Source of the DNA: a virus
Taxonomy: Duplodnaviria; Caudoviricetes
Reading direction: 5' to 3' (one strand)
Virus record (IMG/VR): IMGVR_UViG_3300036971_000130
Length of the DNA stretch: 64,000 nucleotides
Below, piece by piece: positions 18,012-27,661 of the stretch. How positions within the stretch are numbered: the first letter of the stretch is position 1; each line of letters starts with the position of its first letter. Below the pieces are notes generated by a model that was not told the origin of the DNA, did no database searches, and worked only from the letters and a program-made list of their open reading frames with translations. Made by a program: the position numbers and the translations under genes.

Positions 18012-18323
18012 ATGAAGTTCCTCGCCATCATCGTCGCATCTCTGGCTCTCGTTTCCTGCTCGTCAGGGACCGAGGCTGCGAAGCCGGACATCTGCACGAC
18101 CTCGTTGCGCTCCGGTGAGGCTATGTCCGCATCGGCCATCAAGGACTGCGGCTCCGACAGGATCATGGCCGACAAGATCGTCGTGTCTGAGTCCTGCGGT
18201 TCCGTGACCTGGTTCACCGTGCAGGACGACTCCGATGTCTTCCTGTTCCGTCAGGGTGTCCCAGCCATCCAACTTCCGGCAGGAACCGAGTTCTCGTTCC
18301 CAGACAAGACACCGGACTGCTGA
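18012..18323 (+). CDS. Small lipoprotein
   Basis: Signal peptide with lipobox LVSC. Confidence 0.7.
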   Translation: MKFLAIIVASLALVSCSSGTEAAKPDICTTSLRSGEAMSASAIKDCGSDRIMADKIVVSESCGSVTWFTVQDDSDVFLFRQGVPAIQLPAGTEFSFPDKTPDC

Positions 18324-18356
18324 ACAACCACCAACCGATCGAGAAAGGATCGCCCG

Positions 18357-18401
18357 ATGCTGAACGCCAAATCGCCCTCACGGGCGACCTCCTGCGTCTG
18401 A
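18357..18401 (+). CDS. Putative 14-aa leader peptide (AAA and CGG codons)
   Basis: GAAAGGA SD, MLNAKSPSRATSCV, directly before tRNA-Lys(TTT)/Arg(CCG). Confidence 0.5.
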   Translation: MLNAKSPSRATSCV

Positions 18402-18426
18402 CGCAGATCGTCCGTACTCCCGTCTC

Positions 18427-18502
18427 GGGGGTCTAGCTCCAATGGTAGAGCAGCGGACTTTTAATCCGACGGTTGAGGGTTCGACCCCCTCGGCCCCCAC
18501 CA
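18427..18502 (+). tRNA. tRNA-Lys(TTT)
   Basis: loop CTTTTAA. Confidence 0.9.
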
Positions 18503-18503
18503 T

Positions 18504-18580
18504 GCCTGCATAGCTCAGTTGGACAGAGCGTCTGGTTCCGGACCAGAAGGTCGGAGGTTCGAGTCCTCCTGTGGGCACCA
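18504..18580 (+). tRNA. tRNA-Arg(CCG)
   Basis: loop TTCCGGA. Confidence 0.92.
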
Positions 18581-19287
18581 GCCCGAAGACGGGAGGCAAG
18601 GGAGGCGGGTCTCCGTTCGAGCAGACCACAACCACCGGCAAGAAGCCGGTCCCGACGACCGCTGCCGAGCAGACCACGACTTCCGAGGCCACCACGACCA
18701 CCGAAGCCGCCTCCTACGACGAGAACTCGCCTTCCGCCGACCTCGATCGTGTGCTCACGAAGAACGATGTCGTCGCTGCGATCTCGCTCGTCGGTGACGA
18801 GGGCACGGATGTCAGCGAGTACCAGAAGATCGACTCCGACTTCGCTTCGCTGTTCGACATCTGCCCCGGCACCTCGGACGTGATCCCGAACGGGACGCTC
18901 GTCGGCAAGGAGTGGAAGAAGCCCTCCGGCGATGTCCTCCTGATCGTCGCTGGGATCGACTCGGACACGCTCGTCGATGACGACCAGAACGAGATCCTCG
19001 TCGACAAGTTCAACAACTGCAAGATCGACGGCGACGATGACGAAGGCAACAGCGTCTACGTGAGCGCCTTCGCCAACAAGTCCTACCAGGACAACTCGTT
19101 CTCGTGGGACATCTCCGCTCGTTCCTACCTGGTCGACGGCACCACCAAGAAGTTCGCCACGGACGGCTACTCGTTCCGCTACGGGAACGTCTCGGTCCTC
19201 GTCATGCGAGCCTCCATCGAGGATCGCTACGACCAGGATGTCACGGACATGGCACGGGAACTTCGTGCCGAGTTGGTGATGTCCTGA
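18571..19287 (+). CDS. Thr-linker extracellular-type protein, 5' end uncertain or truncated by tRNA
   Basis: Coding-like codon usage; no signal peptide; start overlaps tRNA-Arg 3' end. Confidence 0.55.
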   Translation: MGTSPKTGGKGGGSPFEQTTTTGKKPVPTTAAEQTTTSEATTTTEAASYDENSPSADLDRVLTKNDVVAAISLVGDEGTDVSEYQKIDSDFASLFDICPGTSDVIPNGTLVGKEWKKPSGDVLLIVAGIDSDTLVDDDQNEILVDKFNNCKIDGDDDEGNSVYVSAFANKSYQDNSFSWDISARSYLVDGTTKKFATDGYSFRYGNVSVLVMRASIEDRYDQDVTDMARELRAELVMS

Positions 19288-19340
19288 CCCACCACCCATG
19301 ATGTAGGTGTCCCGGTTTCGGCCGGGACCCGCATCATCCT

Positions 19341-19411
19341 GCGGGCGTAGCTCAATGGTAGAGCATCTGGCTTCCAACCAGAGTATGAGGGTTCGATTCC
19401 CTTCGCCCGCT
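19341..19411 (+). tRNA. tRNA-Gly(TCC)
   Basis: loop CTTCCAA. Confidence 0.92.
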
Positions 19412-19565
19412 CTCGGAACTGGCCGTGCGGCCCTTAACCAACGGCCGGTTCCTACTTTCGCCACATCGGTACGCCGATGGTCGTCGACCCTGAAGCCGAC
19501 GGGGGTCGTGAAGCGAGATACCCACCCACCCTGGTACCAAGGGAGGGATGGCACGTCGGCTCCAT

Positions 19566-19641
19566 GCCTGGTTAGCTCAGTTGGTAGAGCATCCCCCTCG
19601 TAAGGGGAAGGCCGTCGGTTCGATCCCGACACCAGGCTCCA
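19566..19641 (+). tRNA. tRNA-Thr(CGT)
   Basis: loop CTCGTAA. Confidence 0.93.
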
Positions 19642-19643
19642 AA

Positions 19644-20000
<357 letters not shown>

Positions 20001-20044
20001 TTCGACCTAGGACACAGGTCATCTCACCACCCATGATGGGTGAC

Positions 20045-20260
20045 ATGCAGACGACCTACGCATCACCCTTCCACCTTCGTGCCGGAGACAAGGTTCTCGA
20101 AACCGATGGTTCGGTTCTCGAAGTCATCAATGTCGGCCAGGTCTTCGATGTGATCACCTGCGGTCTGCACGCTAAGATCGAGCTTCGTGACCAGAACGGT
20201 GAGACCATCACGGAGAACGTGCCGGGCAACGCCAAGGTGAAGAAGGTCATTCCGGAGTAG
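20045..20260 (+). CDS. Small hypothetical protein; stop codon lies inside tRNA-Gln
   Basis: Leaderless after class I promoter. Confidence 0.65.
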   Translation: MQTTYASPFHLRAGDKVLETDGSVLEVINVGQVFDVITCGLHAKIELRDQNGETITENVPGNAKVKKVIPE

Positions 20261-20323
20261 TTCAACTGGCAGAACGACGGGTTTTGGACCCGTTTGTTGC
20301 GGGTTCGAATCCTGCCTCCGGAT
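20251..20323 (+). tRNA. tRNA-Gln(TTG)
   Basis: loop TTTTGGA. Confidence 0.9.
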
Positions 20324-20359
20324 CTAGGTTGGACATCGTCCAGCCCACCACCCATAATG

Positions 20360-20960
20360 GGTTCGTAAGATAGAGCGATCCGATCAGCTTCTTGCGGGAA
20401 GCTGTTAGGACGGCGGACCAGGCCGCAACCTGGTTGGGTGCCCAGCAATGGGGTCCGCCGCCGGTCAGCTTGATCCCCTTCGGGGTAGGGTTGGCGAGCA
20501 CGAACGGAGATACCTTCGACGATTCGTTCGTAGTACCAGTCGAGGGTCGGAGCGGTAAGCTCCGGCAGTCGGGTGTCATGGGCACGTAACGCCTTCGGCA
20601 CCCGACCGGAACACCCAAGTCGTCGCAGCGACTCAAAACAGTGCTTAGGCTGCGAGCGTTCGCTGAACAGCGAGGTGCACTGACCGATCGGATTGCAGTC
20701 CGAGAGGCGGTAGAACAGAGAGACTGCAATCTCTCCGTGATGCCGGTTCACCTGCGTGGTGAGCGAAGGGGTCCAGTCCGAATCCAAGGTCTGGGTCTAG
20801 TGACTTATCGGAGCAGTCCAAGTACATGGGCTGTGTGTGAAATCCCCCAGGGCGACCCCTGGGGGACGAAGCGAGATGGCTACATCACGAACCTAGACGG
20901 CAGTCGAAGTTCGAGGTGGGAGCCACAAACCGGGGGAGGACCCATGTCCTCCCCCGGTAC
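20360..20960 (+). ncRNA. Large structured ncRNA candidate (ROOL/GOLLD size class)
   Basis: Own promoter TGGACA-N17-CATAAT (20330-58); many nested helices; no credible ORF; closing hairpin 20929-58. Confidence 0.65.
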
Positions 20961-20967
20961 ATTTCAG

Positions 20968-21041
20968 GCCGAAATAGCTCAGTTGGCTAGAGCGGCCGTC
21001 TTGTAATCGGCAGGCCATGGGTTCGATTCCCATTTTCGGCT
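20968..21041 (+). tRNA. tRNA-Thr(TGT)
   Basis: loop CTTGTAA. Confidence 0.9.
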
Positions 21042-21259
21042 CAAACCGGTCCTACAGCGGAACTCTGTAGGGGTGTCAGGTGAAACCCAGCCGGGAAGAT
21101 GGTCCGAGAGGGCCGGACTTGCTGGTGGAACCACCTGGCTAGAATCGGAAGGTCGTCCCGATGGCTCCACGGAGCACAGGGCCATAGCACCGACACTCCC
21201 CGGATATGCTGGCGGGGAAGCCACCAACAGGACAGTCAACCCCTGGTGGTGGCACATAA

Positions 21260-21336
21260 CGACCCGTGGCTCAGCCCGGTAGAGCAGCACCATGACGCGG
21301 TGAAGGTCGGAGGTTCGAATCCTCTCGGGTCGACCA
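21260..21336 (+). tRNA. tRNA-Val(GAC)
   Basis: loop ATGACGC, ACCA. Confidence 0.8.
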
Positions 21337-21380
21337 ACTCCCCCTTCCAAGGGGAGTGAAGACGTGGCGTCTCTACTAGC

Positions 21381-21409
21381 TTGCCCTACATCACCAAGTG
21401 GTGTAGGGT
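21381..21409 (+). promoter_or_regulatory. Promoter of Y-RNA/Ro60 unit overlapped by palindrome
   Basis: TTGCCC-N17-TAGGGT; CCCTACAtCAC-caa-GTGgTGTAGGG. Confidence 0.6.
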
Positions 21410-21421
21410 GAGCAAGAACTC

Positions 21422-21568
21422 TCTGCGAGCCAAAGGTTCCCTGTTACCTACACTGCGAATGTACCCCAATCGGGGGACCATCAATCGCCCGCAGAACACT
21501 CTCAGATCAAGCCAAGATCGTCTGATTACCCTTCTGTCACCTCAGACCATCGCCATCGCCTGATCCGA
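21422..21568 (+). ncRNA. Two tandem Y-RNA-like units (21422-95, 21502-68)
   Basis: 5'/3' end pairing, shared AGCCAA..TTACC..ATCGCC; directly 5' of Ro60. Confidence 0.55.
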
Positions 21569-21635
21569 ACCCAACTGAACACCGCCAGGACACGCCAGAT
21601 CGGCGGTCCGAGCCACGATCCCAAAGGGACACACC

Positions 21636-23228
21636 ATGACGTACAAGAACCTCGCCACCCGCCCGCACCTCACTTCGACGCCGCAGACGAAGCAGTCCGA
21701 TCCTCGTCAGGTGAAGAACGCCGCCGGTGGCTACGTGTTCACGATCTCAGACGAAGACCTCCTGCGCCGGTTCCTGATCCTCGGGACGACCGCCGGGACG
21801 TACTACGTGAACGGCACGAAGCACACAGCCGACACGTTCGAGAAACTGCGAGGTGTTTTGGACCGCCTGGGTGCCCGGTTCGTGGACATCGTCGTCGAGG
21901 TCTCCGATGGAGGTCTCGCTCCGAAGAACGACGAAGCGATCCTCATGTTGGCTCTCGCCACCTCGGCGGAGGACCCGGTCGTGAGGAAGTACGCTCTCGA
22001 TGCGCTGCCGAAGGTGGTCCGCATCGGAACGCACATGTTCCAGTTCTCGACCTTCGTGCAGCAGTTCCGTGGCAACGGCCCGGCGCTGATGAAGGCCATG
22101 CGTCGTTGGTACACCGATCGTTCGCCGGAGTCCTTGGCGTACCAGTTGGTGAAGTACCAGCGTCGGAACGGCGTGAGCACGAAGACGGTCCTCGGGGTCG
22201 TCCGACCGAAGCCGAAGAACCCGGAACAGGGAGTCGCCTTCGAATGGGCTGTCGGGAAGCGTGGTGACCAGAAGACCGGTCTCCGTGCGATCGACGGCTA
22301 CATCGCCGCTCACACCGAGGGTGCGGACATCCCTGCTCTCGTCCGTGAGTTCGGACTGACCCACGAGATGCTGCCGTCGCAGTCACTCAGCGATCCCGCT
22401 GTGTGGGTCGCCCTGGTCGAGAAGATGGGCCTCACCGCTCTGATCCGGAACCTGGGTCGTCTCACGAAGCTCGGCGTCCTCGACGACCGTGCGATCCGTG
22501 CTGACGTGATCTCCCGCATCACCGACCACGAGAGCATCCGTGCTGCTCGTGTCCACCCGATCGCCTTCCTGTTCGCTCTCACGGCGTACAAGTCCGGTGC
22601 AGGGCGTTCCGGCACGGAGTGGACCCCGATCCCGTCGATCATCGACGCTCTGGACAAGGGCTTCGTCGAGGCGTTCGTGAACGTGGAGTCCACCGGGAAG
22701 CGTCGTCTCATCGCTCTGGACGTGTCCGGCTCGATGGGGATTGAGTTCATCGCCAACTCGAAGCTCTCCGCTCGGGATGCTTCGGCGGCTCTGACGAAGA
22801 TCGCTCTCACCGTCGACGACTGCGATGTCATCGCTTTCACCAGCGGTGATCGCCGAACCCACCGGGACGCTGTCGCTCCGTTGACGATCTCCGCCAACCA
22901 GCGGCTCGACGACATCATCGACGACATCTCGGACCTCCCGTTCGGTCACACGAACTGTGCTCTGCCGTTCGAGTGGGCTTTGGAGAACGACCGTGTCTAC
23001 GACTCGGTCGAGGTCTACACGGACTGCGAGACGTGGGGTGGGAACCAGCACGTCCACGAGGCGCTGGCGAAGTACCGTCGCAAGACGGGCGTCAACACCA
23101 AGCTGATCGTGGTCGGGATGACCGCCACCGATGCGTCGATCGCTGACCCGAACGACCCCGATTCGTTGGATGTCGTCGGGTTCGATGCGTCGGCTCCGGC
23201 TGCCATCTCCCGCTTCATCTCGGCATGA
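21636..23228 (+). CDS. Ro60/Rsr (TROVE + vWA) RNA-binding protein
   Basis: QVKNAAGGYVF, LRRFLILGT..GTYY, LAYQLVKYQRR, ALIRNLGR, ALDVSGSM, YTDCETW. Confidence 0.95.
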   Translation: MTYKNLATRPHLTSTPQTKQSDPRQVKNAAGGYVFTISDEDLLRRFLILGTTAGTYYVNGTKHTADTFEKLRGVLDRLGARFVDIVVEVSDGGLAPKNDEAILMLALATSAEDPVVRKYALDALPKVVRIGTHMFQFSTFVQQFRGNGPALMKAMRRWYTDRSPESLAYQLVKYQRRNGVSTKTVLGVVRPKPKNPEQGVAFEWAVGKRGDQKTGLRAIDGYIAAHTEGADIPALVREFGLTHEMLPSQSLSDPAVWVALVEKMGLTALIRNLGRLTKLGVLDDRAIRADVISRITDHESIRAARVHPIAFLFALTAYKSGAGRSGTEWTPIPSIIDALDKGFVEAFVNVESTGKRRLIALDVSGSMGIEFIANSKLSARDASAALTKIALTVDDCDVIAFTSGDRRTHRDAVAPLTISANQRLDDIIDDISDLPFGHTNCALPFEWALENDRVYDSVEVYTDCETWGGNQHVHEALAKYRRKTGVNTKLIVVGMTATDASIADPNDPDSLDVVGFDASAPAAISRFISA

Positions 23229-23734
23229 GCTACGGCCCGTATCCACCGTACCCTTAACAGTACGGCGGGTACGGGCCTTCTCACGTTCCGAAGCAACGTG
23301 ATCCGCTGTTGGCGTTCAAGGTGATCGCCGGTGTGTTCGGGGTGACCTGCCTGCTCGTTCTCGTCGGCTTGTTCGTGTACGGGTTCGCTGCGTCGATGAC
23401 GACTGGTTCTGACCGTGTCCTGGTCACGGCGAAGGGCGAGAGGTGCTTCGTCGACTACCGGTATCGGACGCCCCGTGACGACTGTGAGTACACGATCATC
23501 ACACGGAGTGGCGATGTCTTCATCGTGAACGGTCCGAAGTCGTCGTCTCCGGCTGGCCGGGCTGACTACGACGACTTCGTGGAGTGCTCGATCTACGAGA
23601 TCACCTACCGTGGGTTCGAGTCGAGCCGTGAGATCACGTCAGCCTCCCTCGTCGAGTCGGACAAGGCTTGGACGCCGACCTGCGCTGAGCCGGAGGTCAT
23701 CTCCCTGACGGCTCTCGCCACGGCGTTCGCCTGA
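23225..23734 (+). pseudogene. Membrane protein with in-frame TAA at 23255 (or TTG start at 23309)
   Basis: ATG overlapping Ro60 stop is in frame with the 23309 ORF. Confidence 0.5.
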
Positions 23735-23759
23735 AACATGTGTGGTAGCATGTAGGGCC

Positions 23760-24428
23760 ATGAAGCGCCTTGCAGCAACCATCACCGTCGCCGCCGCAGT
23801 TCTCCTGTCGGCGTGCCAGACGGGCACCGCACCCCTCGACAACCCGACCGGGTCGAAGGCTTCTCTTGCTGCAACACCGAGCGAGAAGAAGGCTTCGGCC
23901 CGGTCGTTCATCGCTCAGACCAAGGTCGGAGCGACCTCGTCCGGCAACGACTACGTTCGATCGAAGTTCGGTCCGTCCTGGCCGTCGATCAACGGCTGCG
24001 ACATGAGGAACGGGACCCTCACCCGTGACCTCACCGATGTGACTTACAACGACTCGAAGAAGTGCATCGTCAACACCGGCGTCCTCAACGACCCGTACTC
24101 GGGCGAGAAGATCAACTTCCAGCGGGGAGCCTCCACCTCGTCGAAGGTCCAGATCGACCACGTCATCCCGCTCTCCTACGCATGGAAGATGGGCGCACGA
24201 GGATGGACCGACACCCAGCGTCGGAACTTCGCCAACGACCCGCTGAACCTGATGGCGGTCAAGGGCTCCGTGAACGGATCGAAGTCCGACAGCGGCCCTG
24301 CTGAGTGGATGCCTCCGAAGCCCTCGATCCACTGCTCCTATAGCGTCAGGTTCGCTCAGGTCGCCCAGAAGTACAACCTCCCGATCCAGACCGTGGACCG
24401 TGCGAAGATGGACGCTTCCTGCCGGTAG
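23760..24428 (+). CDS. Secreted HNH (DUF1524-type) lipoprotein
   Basis: Lipobox LSAC; VQIDHVIPL, FANDPLNL, NGSKSD. Confidence 0.88.
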   Translation: MKRLAATITVAAAVLLSACQTGTAPLDNPTGSKASLAATPSEKKASARSFIAQTKVGATSSGNDYVRSKFGPSWPSINGCDMRNGTLTRDLTDVTYNDSKKCIVNTGVLNDPYSGEKINFQRGASTSSKVQIDHVIPLSYAWKMGARGWTDTQRRNFANDPLNLMAVKGSVNGSKSDSGPAEWMPPKPSIHCSYSVRFAQVAQKYNLPIQTVDRAKMDASCR

Positions 24429-24473
24429 CTCCATCGGTTAGTCTCCAAACGTCGACGACGAATGGAGACTGCA

Positions 24474-25373
24474 ATGTACACCTACGACGAGTACGAGGAC
24501 GAGCAGTTCGAGCGAGTCCCGAAGCGCAAAGCGAAGAAGCGGACCGCCCGGCGGTACGACAACCGGAAGGTCGAACGCCGCCGGTGCCCTCAGTCCGGCA
24601 AGGCGAAGTACGCCACGGAGGCTGAGGCCAACAAGATCGCCGCCGTCTACGCCGTCGAGTCACCGAAGGGCGTCTACCTCTGCCCGCTCTGCTCGTCGTA
24701 CCACCTGTACTCCATCCGTCGAGAGGACAGCGACGACGGGTTCCGACGTGGAGATCCCTACCGCTCCGCCATCGCCGGATCGGAGTTCACCGAGCACATG
24801 GACGTGAGGGAAGAACTCGGCAAGACCGATGTCGAAGCTCTGGCGGACCGACTCGGCATTGACGTGGTTGTCGAGGATCGGGAGGACTCGGTTCTCCGTT
24901 TCGATGGGGAGAAGTTCACCATCGTCATCAACGAGCAGACCGGACGATCGAAGCGGGTGACGATCGCCTGCGGGATCTCTCTCACGGAGGTCTCGGCCCA
25001 GCACGAGCCGGAGACCTCGATCTACGAACGCTCAGGCATCTCCGTCCACGTTCGAGCGTTCGCACGAGGCATCCTCGCTGACCCGACGCTCTTGGAGACC
25101 CTCTACAACCACAACCCAGCGTCCAAGAGACTCCTGATGAACCGCTTCGACGTGACGGAACGGGTTGCTTCGACGATGCTCAACCAGTTCCCTGCCGAGC
25201 GGCAACCCATGATGGGGGCACGAGCACCAAGAGGTACACCATCGCCATCATCGAAGTCGACGACGGAGATATCGAGCGTCCAGATCCGTTCATGGCCCAG
25301 GCAGCCGCCTAGTACCTGGCCGGGAAGACCAAGGGAGGCCGGGTCTCCTTGGAGTTCTACGGCGGAACGATGA
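24474..25373 (+). CDS. Zn-finger plus degenerate ImmA/IrrE-like protein (C-terminus doubtful)
   Basis: YLCPLCSSYHL; DVEALADRLGI..IVINE..RVTIA; no HExxH. Confidence 0.55.
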   Translation: MYTYDEYEDEQFERVPKRKAKKRTARRYDNRKVERRRCPQSGKAKYATEAEANKIAAVYAVESPKGVYLCPLCSSYHLYSIRREDSDDGFRRGDPYRSAIAGSEFTEHMDVREELGKTDVEALADRLGIDVVVEDREDSVLRFDGEKFTIVINEQTGRSKRVTIACGISLTEVSAQHEPETSIYERSGISVHVRAFARGILADPTLLETLYNHNPASKRLLMNRFDVTERVASTMLNQFPAERQPMMGARAPRGTPSPSSKSTTEISSVQIRSWPRQPPSTWPGRPREAGSPWSSTAER

Positions 25374-25444
25374 CCAAGAAGGAAGCCGAGGAAGCTGTCG
25401 CCGGACTCCAACGCAACGGCTTCACCGTGGTGCCGACCCGCTGA
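25220..25444 (+). pseudogene. Small gene with ACG at start position and internal TAG (25310)
   Basis: CATGAT+6 nt then ACG; coding-like frame continues past TAG. Confidence 0.5.
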
Positions 25445-25490
25445 GTTTGACACGAACGTGTTCGCCACCCATGATAGGATCGAGCAACAC

Positions 25491-25567
25491 GCCTCTGTAG
25501 CTCAGTTGGATAGAGCGTCCGCCTTCTAAGCGGAGGGTCACGGGTTCGATTCCTGTCGGGGGCACCA
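25491..25567 (+). tRNA. tRNA-Arg(TCT)
   Basis: loop CTTCTAA; promoter TTGACA-N17-CATGAT upstream. Confidence 0.93.
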
Positions 25568-25574
25568 AAATCTA

Positions 25575-25646
25575 GCCCCTGTGGTGAAATGGATATCGCA
25601 TCCCTCTCCTAAAGGGAAGTTCCAGGTTCGATTCCTGGCAGGGGCG
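25575..25646 (+). tRNA. tRNA-Arg(CCT)
   Basis: loop CTCCTAA. Confidence 0.9.
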
Positions 25647-25685
25647 CTCTTGGACGTGTCGTTGTCGACCATCCATGATGGTGAC

Positions 25686-25958
25686 ATGGACATCACCACC
25701 AAGGACATGCTGAAGATCCGAGGCTTCCTGGCTGACTTCCACGGAGTCGAGGTCACCGAGGACGAAGCCAGGGAAGCCTACCGGGGAGCCTGGAACTCGC
25801 CGGAGGACTTCGCTCTCTCGACCGTCGACGTTCCCGCCGAGGTCTTCGCCTTCGTCGACTGGACGAAGATGGCGGAGGACATGGTCGAGTCGGGCGACTA
25901 CTTCCTCGCCTTCGACGAGGAAGCCCTGACTCACCACGCCTTCCTCGTGGCCGACTGA
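25686..25958 (+). CDS. ArdA-like acidic antirestriction protein (short)
   Basis: YRGAWNSPEDFA..FVDWTKMAEDM..GDYF. Confidence 0.65.
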   Translation: MDITTKDMLKIRGFLADFHGVEVTEDEAREAYRGAWNSPEDFALSTVDVPAEVFAFVDWTKMAEDMVESGDYFLAFDEEALTHHAFLVAD

Positions 25959-26044
25959 TGGTTGCGGGGCACGCCCGCCCCGACTACATTTCTGAGAAGG
26001 GAGACCCTGACGGGTCTCCCTTCTTCGTTCAACGAGAGGACACC

Positions 26045-26344
26045 ATGTACGACCGTGACCCGGATGCGCTCCATCGGATCAACGAAGCCCATCGACGCTT
26101 CGTCGTGACAGGGCAGGTGTCCGGCTGGACCCTGCTCGATCGTCCGTTCACTCACGCCGAGATGAACCAGGTGACGAACGACGACGGGACCTTCGATGTC
26201 GTGCGCCTGGTTCCCGACGACACACAGGAGGCGGACCTCATCGGTCTCGTGACGGACGAGACGGCCAGGTTCCTCGGTCACCGCCGGATCGACCGGTCCA
26301 GCGGGATGGACATGGCCGTCGTGAGCGGTGTGGTGGTCCGATGA
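26045..26344 (+). CDS. Hypothetical protein
   Basis: GAGGA SD; related to 28965 and 30377 ORFs. Confidence 0.55.
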   Translation: MYDRDPDALHRINEAHRRFVVTGQVSGWTLLDRPFTHAEMNQVTNDDGTFDVVRLVPDDTQEADLIGLVTDETARFLGHRRIDRSSGMDMAVVSGVVVR

Positions 26345-26724
26345 GCTTCTGGCGTCGCTTCTGGTCGATCGTGGACCCGGTCGGAGAACGAAACCGGGAG
26401 TTCGACAACATGATGAGCGGCACCGCCAAGCTCGGAGGGGCTCGGCCGGAGAGGGTCGACTACTCGTTGATCCTCGCACCGCTGTCGACTGAGGAACTCG
26501 CCTCCTGGAAGCTTCATCGCTCTGGTGTGATCCGAGCGTCGGTGATGGTCGTCGAGCCGTGGAAGTTCTCCGCAGATTCCGTCCCGTCCCTGATCGCTCT
26601 CGAACCGTGGAGAGTCGAGATTGTGGAGGTCAAGCCGTTCATTCAGGCCCCTGGGAACGAAGGCCAGTTGTTCCACGTCCACTTCCGGTTCCATCTCGAC
26701 CCACAACCCATGCTGGGGCCATGA
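26341..26724 (+). CDS. Hypothetical protein
   Basis: ATGA-coupled ORF. Confidence 0.55.
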   Translation: MSFWRRFWSIVDPVGERNREFDNMMSGTAKLGGARPERVDYSLILAPLSTEELASWKLHRSGVIRASVMVVEPWKFSADSVPSLIALEPWRVEIVEVKPFIQAPGNEGQLFHVHFRFHLDPQPMLGP

Positions 26725-27167
26725 CCACCTCAGCATCCATCCTGAAGGCCGACGGCTCGATCGTCGAACTCGACTTCTACAGCCAGACTGACGCTGTCAC
26801 CGGTGATGTCGTCGTCTCCTGCCGAGGTCTCTACGCTCGGCTTCTCACCGAAGGAGATCCGGCGGAGACCGACTCCGTGCGACTCGCTGTCGATCTCGTG
26901 GACGATGTCCTGACGAACGGTGCCGAGGTCCCGATCATCGACTACTTCGACCAGGAGCACCTCACGGTGAACGACTGGCCGACGATCCGAGGTGACCTGC
27001 TCGACGGTTACCTCGGGACCTTCGCTGACACGGCGGAGGCTGCTCGATCCATCTGCCCACTCGACGGCGAGTTCATCGACTACGAGAAGGTGTGGGAGAG
27101 TGTGTCGTCCGAACACATCGTCGTCGATGCCGACGGACGAATCCATGTCTTCTGTTATCAGAGTTGA
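26721..27167 (+). CDS. ArdA-like acidic protein
   Basis: YLGTFADTAEAA..FIDYEKVW..GRIHVF. Confidence 0.55.
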   Translation: MTTSASILKADGSIVELDFYSQTDAVTGDVVVSCRGLYARLLTEGDPAETDSVRLAVDLVDDVLTNGAEVPIIDYFDQEHLTVNDWPTIRGDLLDGYLGTFADTAEAARSICPLDGEFIDYEKVWESVSSEHIVVDADGRIHVFCYQS

Positions 27168-27182
27168 GGTAGACTTCCCGGC

Positions 27183-27583
27183 ACGAAGAAGATCGCTCTC
27201 GCCATCATTGCCGTGTGCATCGCCTTCGGTGCCGCTGCCTGCAAGCCGTGGCCGTACTCGAACACGGCCACGCCGAACCAGTTCCAGTTGGAGAAGCACG
27301 TCCTCGAAGATCGGTTTGCGAACCACTGGGTCGACACCAAGGGCAAGGTGACCCGCAAGGTCACGTCCCAGCAGTCGAACACCGGCGGCTACGAGAAGCG
27401 GTACAAGGGGTACTGCACGGACTCCCGTGGTGTCCGCACCTATACTTCCAGTCGGACTACAACCTCGGCAGCAAGAAGACGAACGAGCTTTGGTTCGGGA
27501 AGACCCCGAGCAAGATGCTGTTCTACTCCCTCTACGGCAACGCCAACACCAATAGCTGGCAGCGGACCTGGACGCTCGTCTGA
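27183..27583 (+). pseudogene. Lipoprotein with ACG start and frameshift near 27441
   Basis: ACG AAG AAG ATC GCT CTC mirrors ATG AAG AAG ATC GCT CTC of 28473; paralog of 39856-40230. Confidence 0.6.
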
Positions 27584-27661
27584 CCTGGCTTTGACATCTC
27601 CCTGCTGACCATCCATGTTTATGGTCAGCAGGTGAAAGTCGCCTGAAGCAAGGAGACCGAG

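Noticed and set aside
19307-19345. GTG ORF with a GGA codon before tRNA-Gly(TCC) as a fourth leader
   Set aside because: Runs through the tRNA; start spacing does not fit
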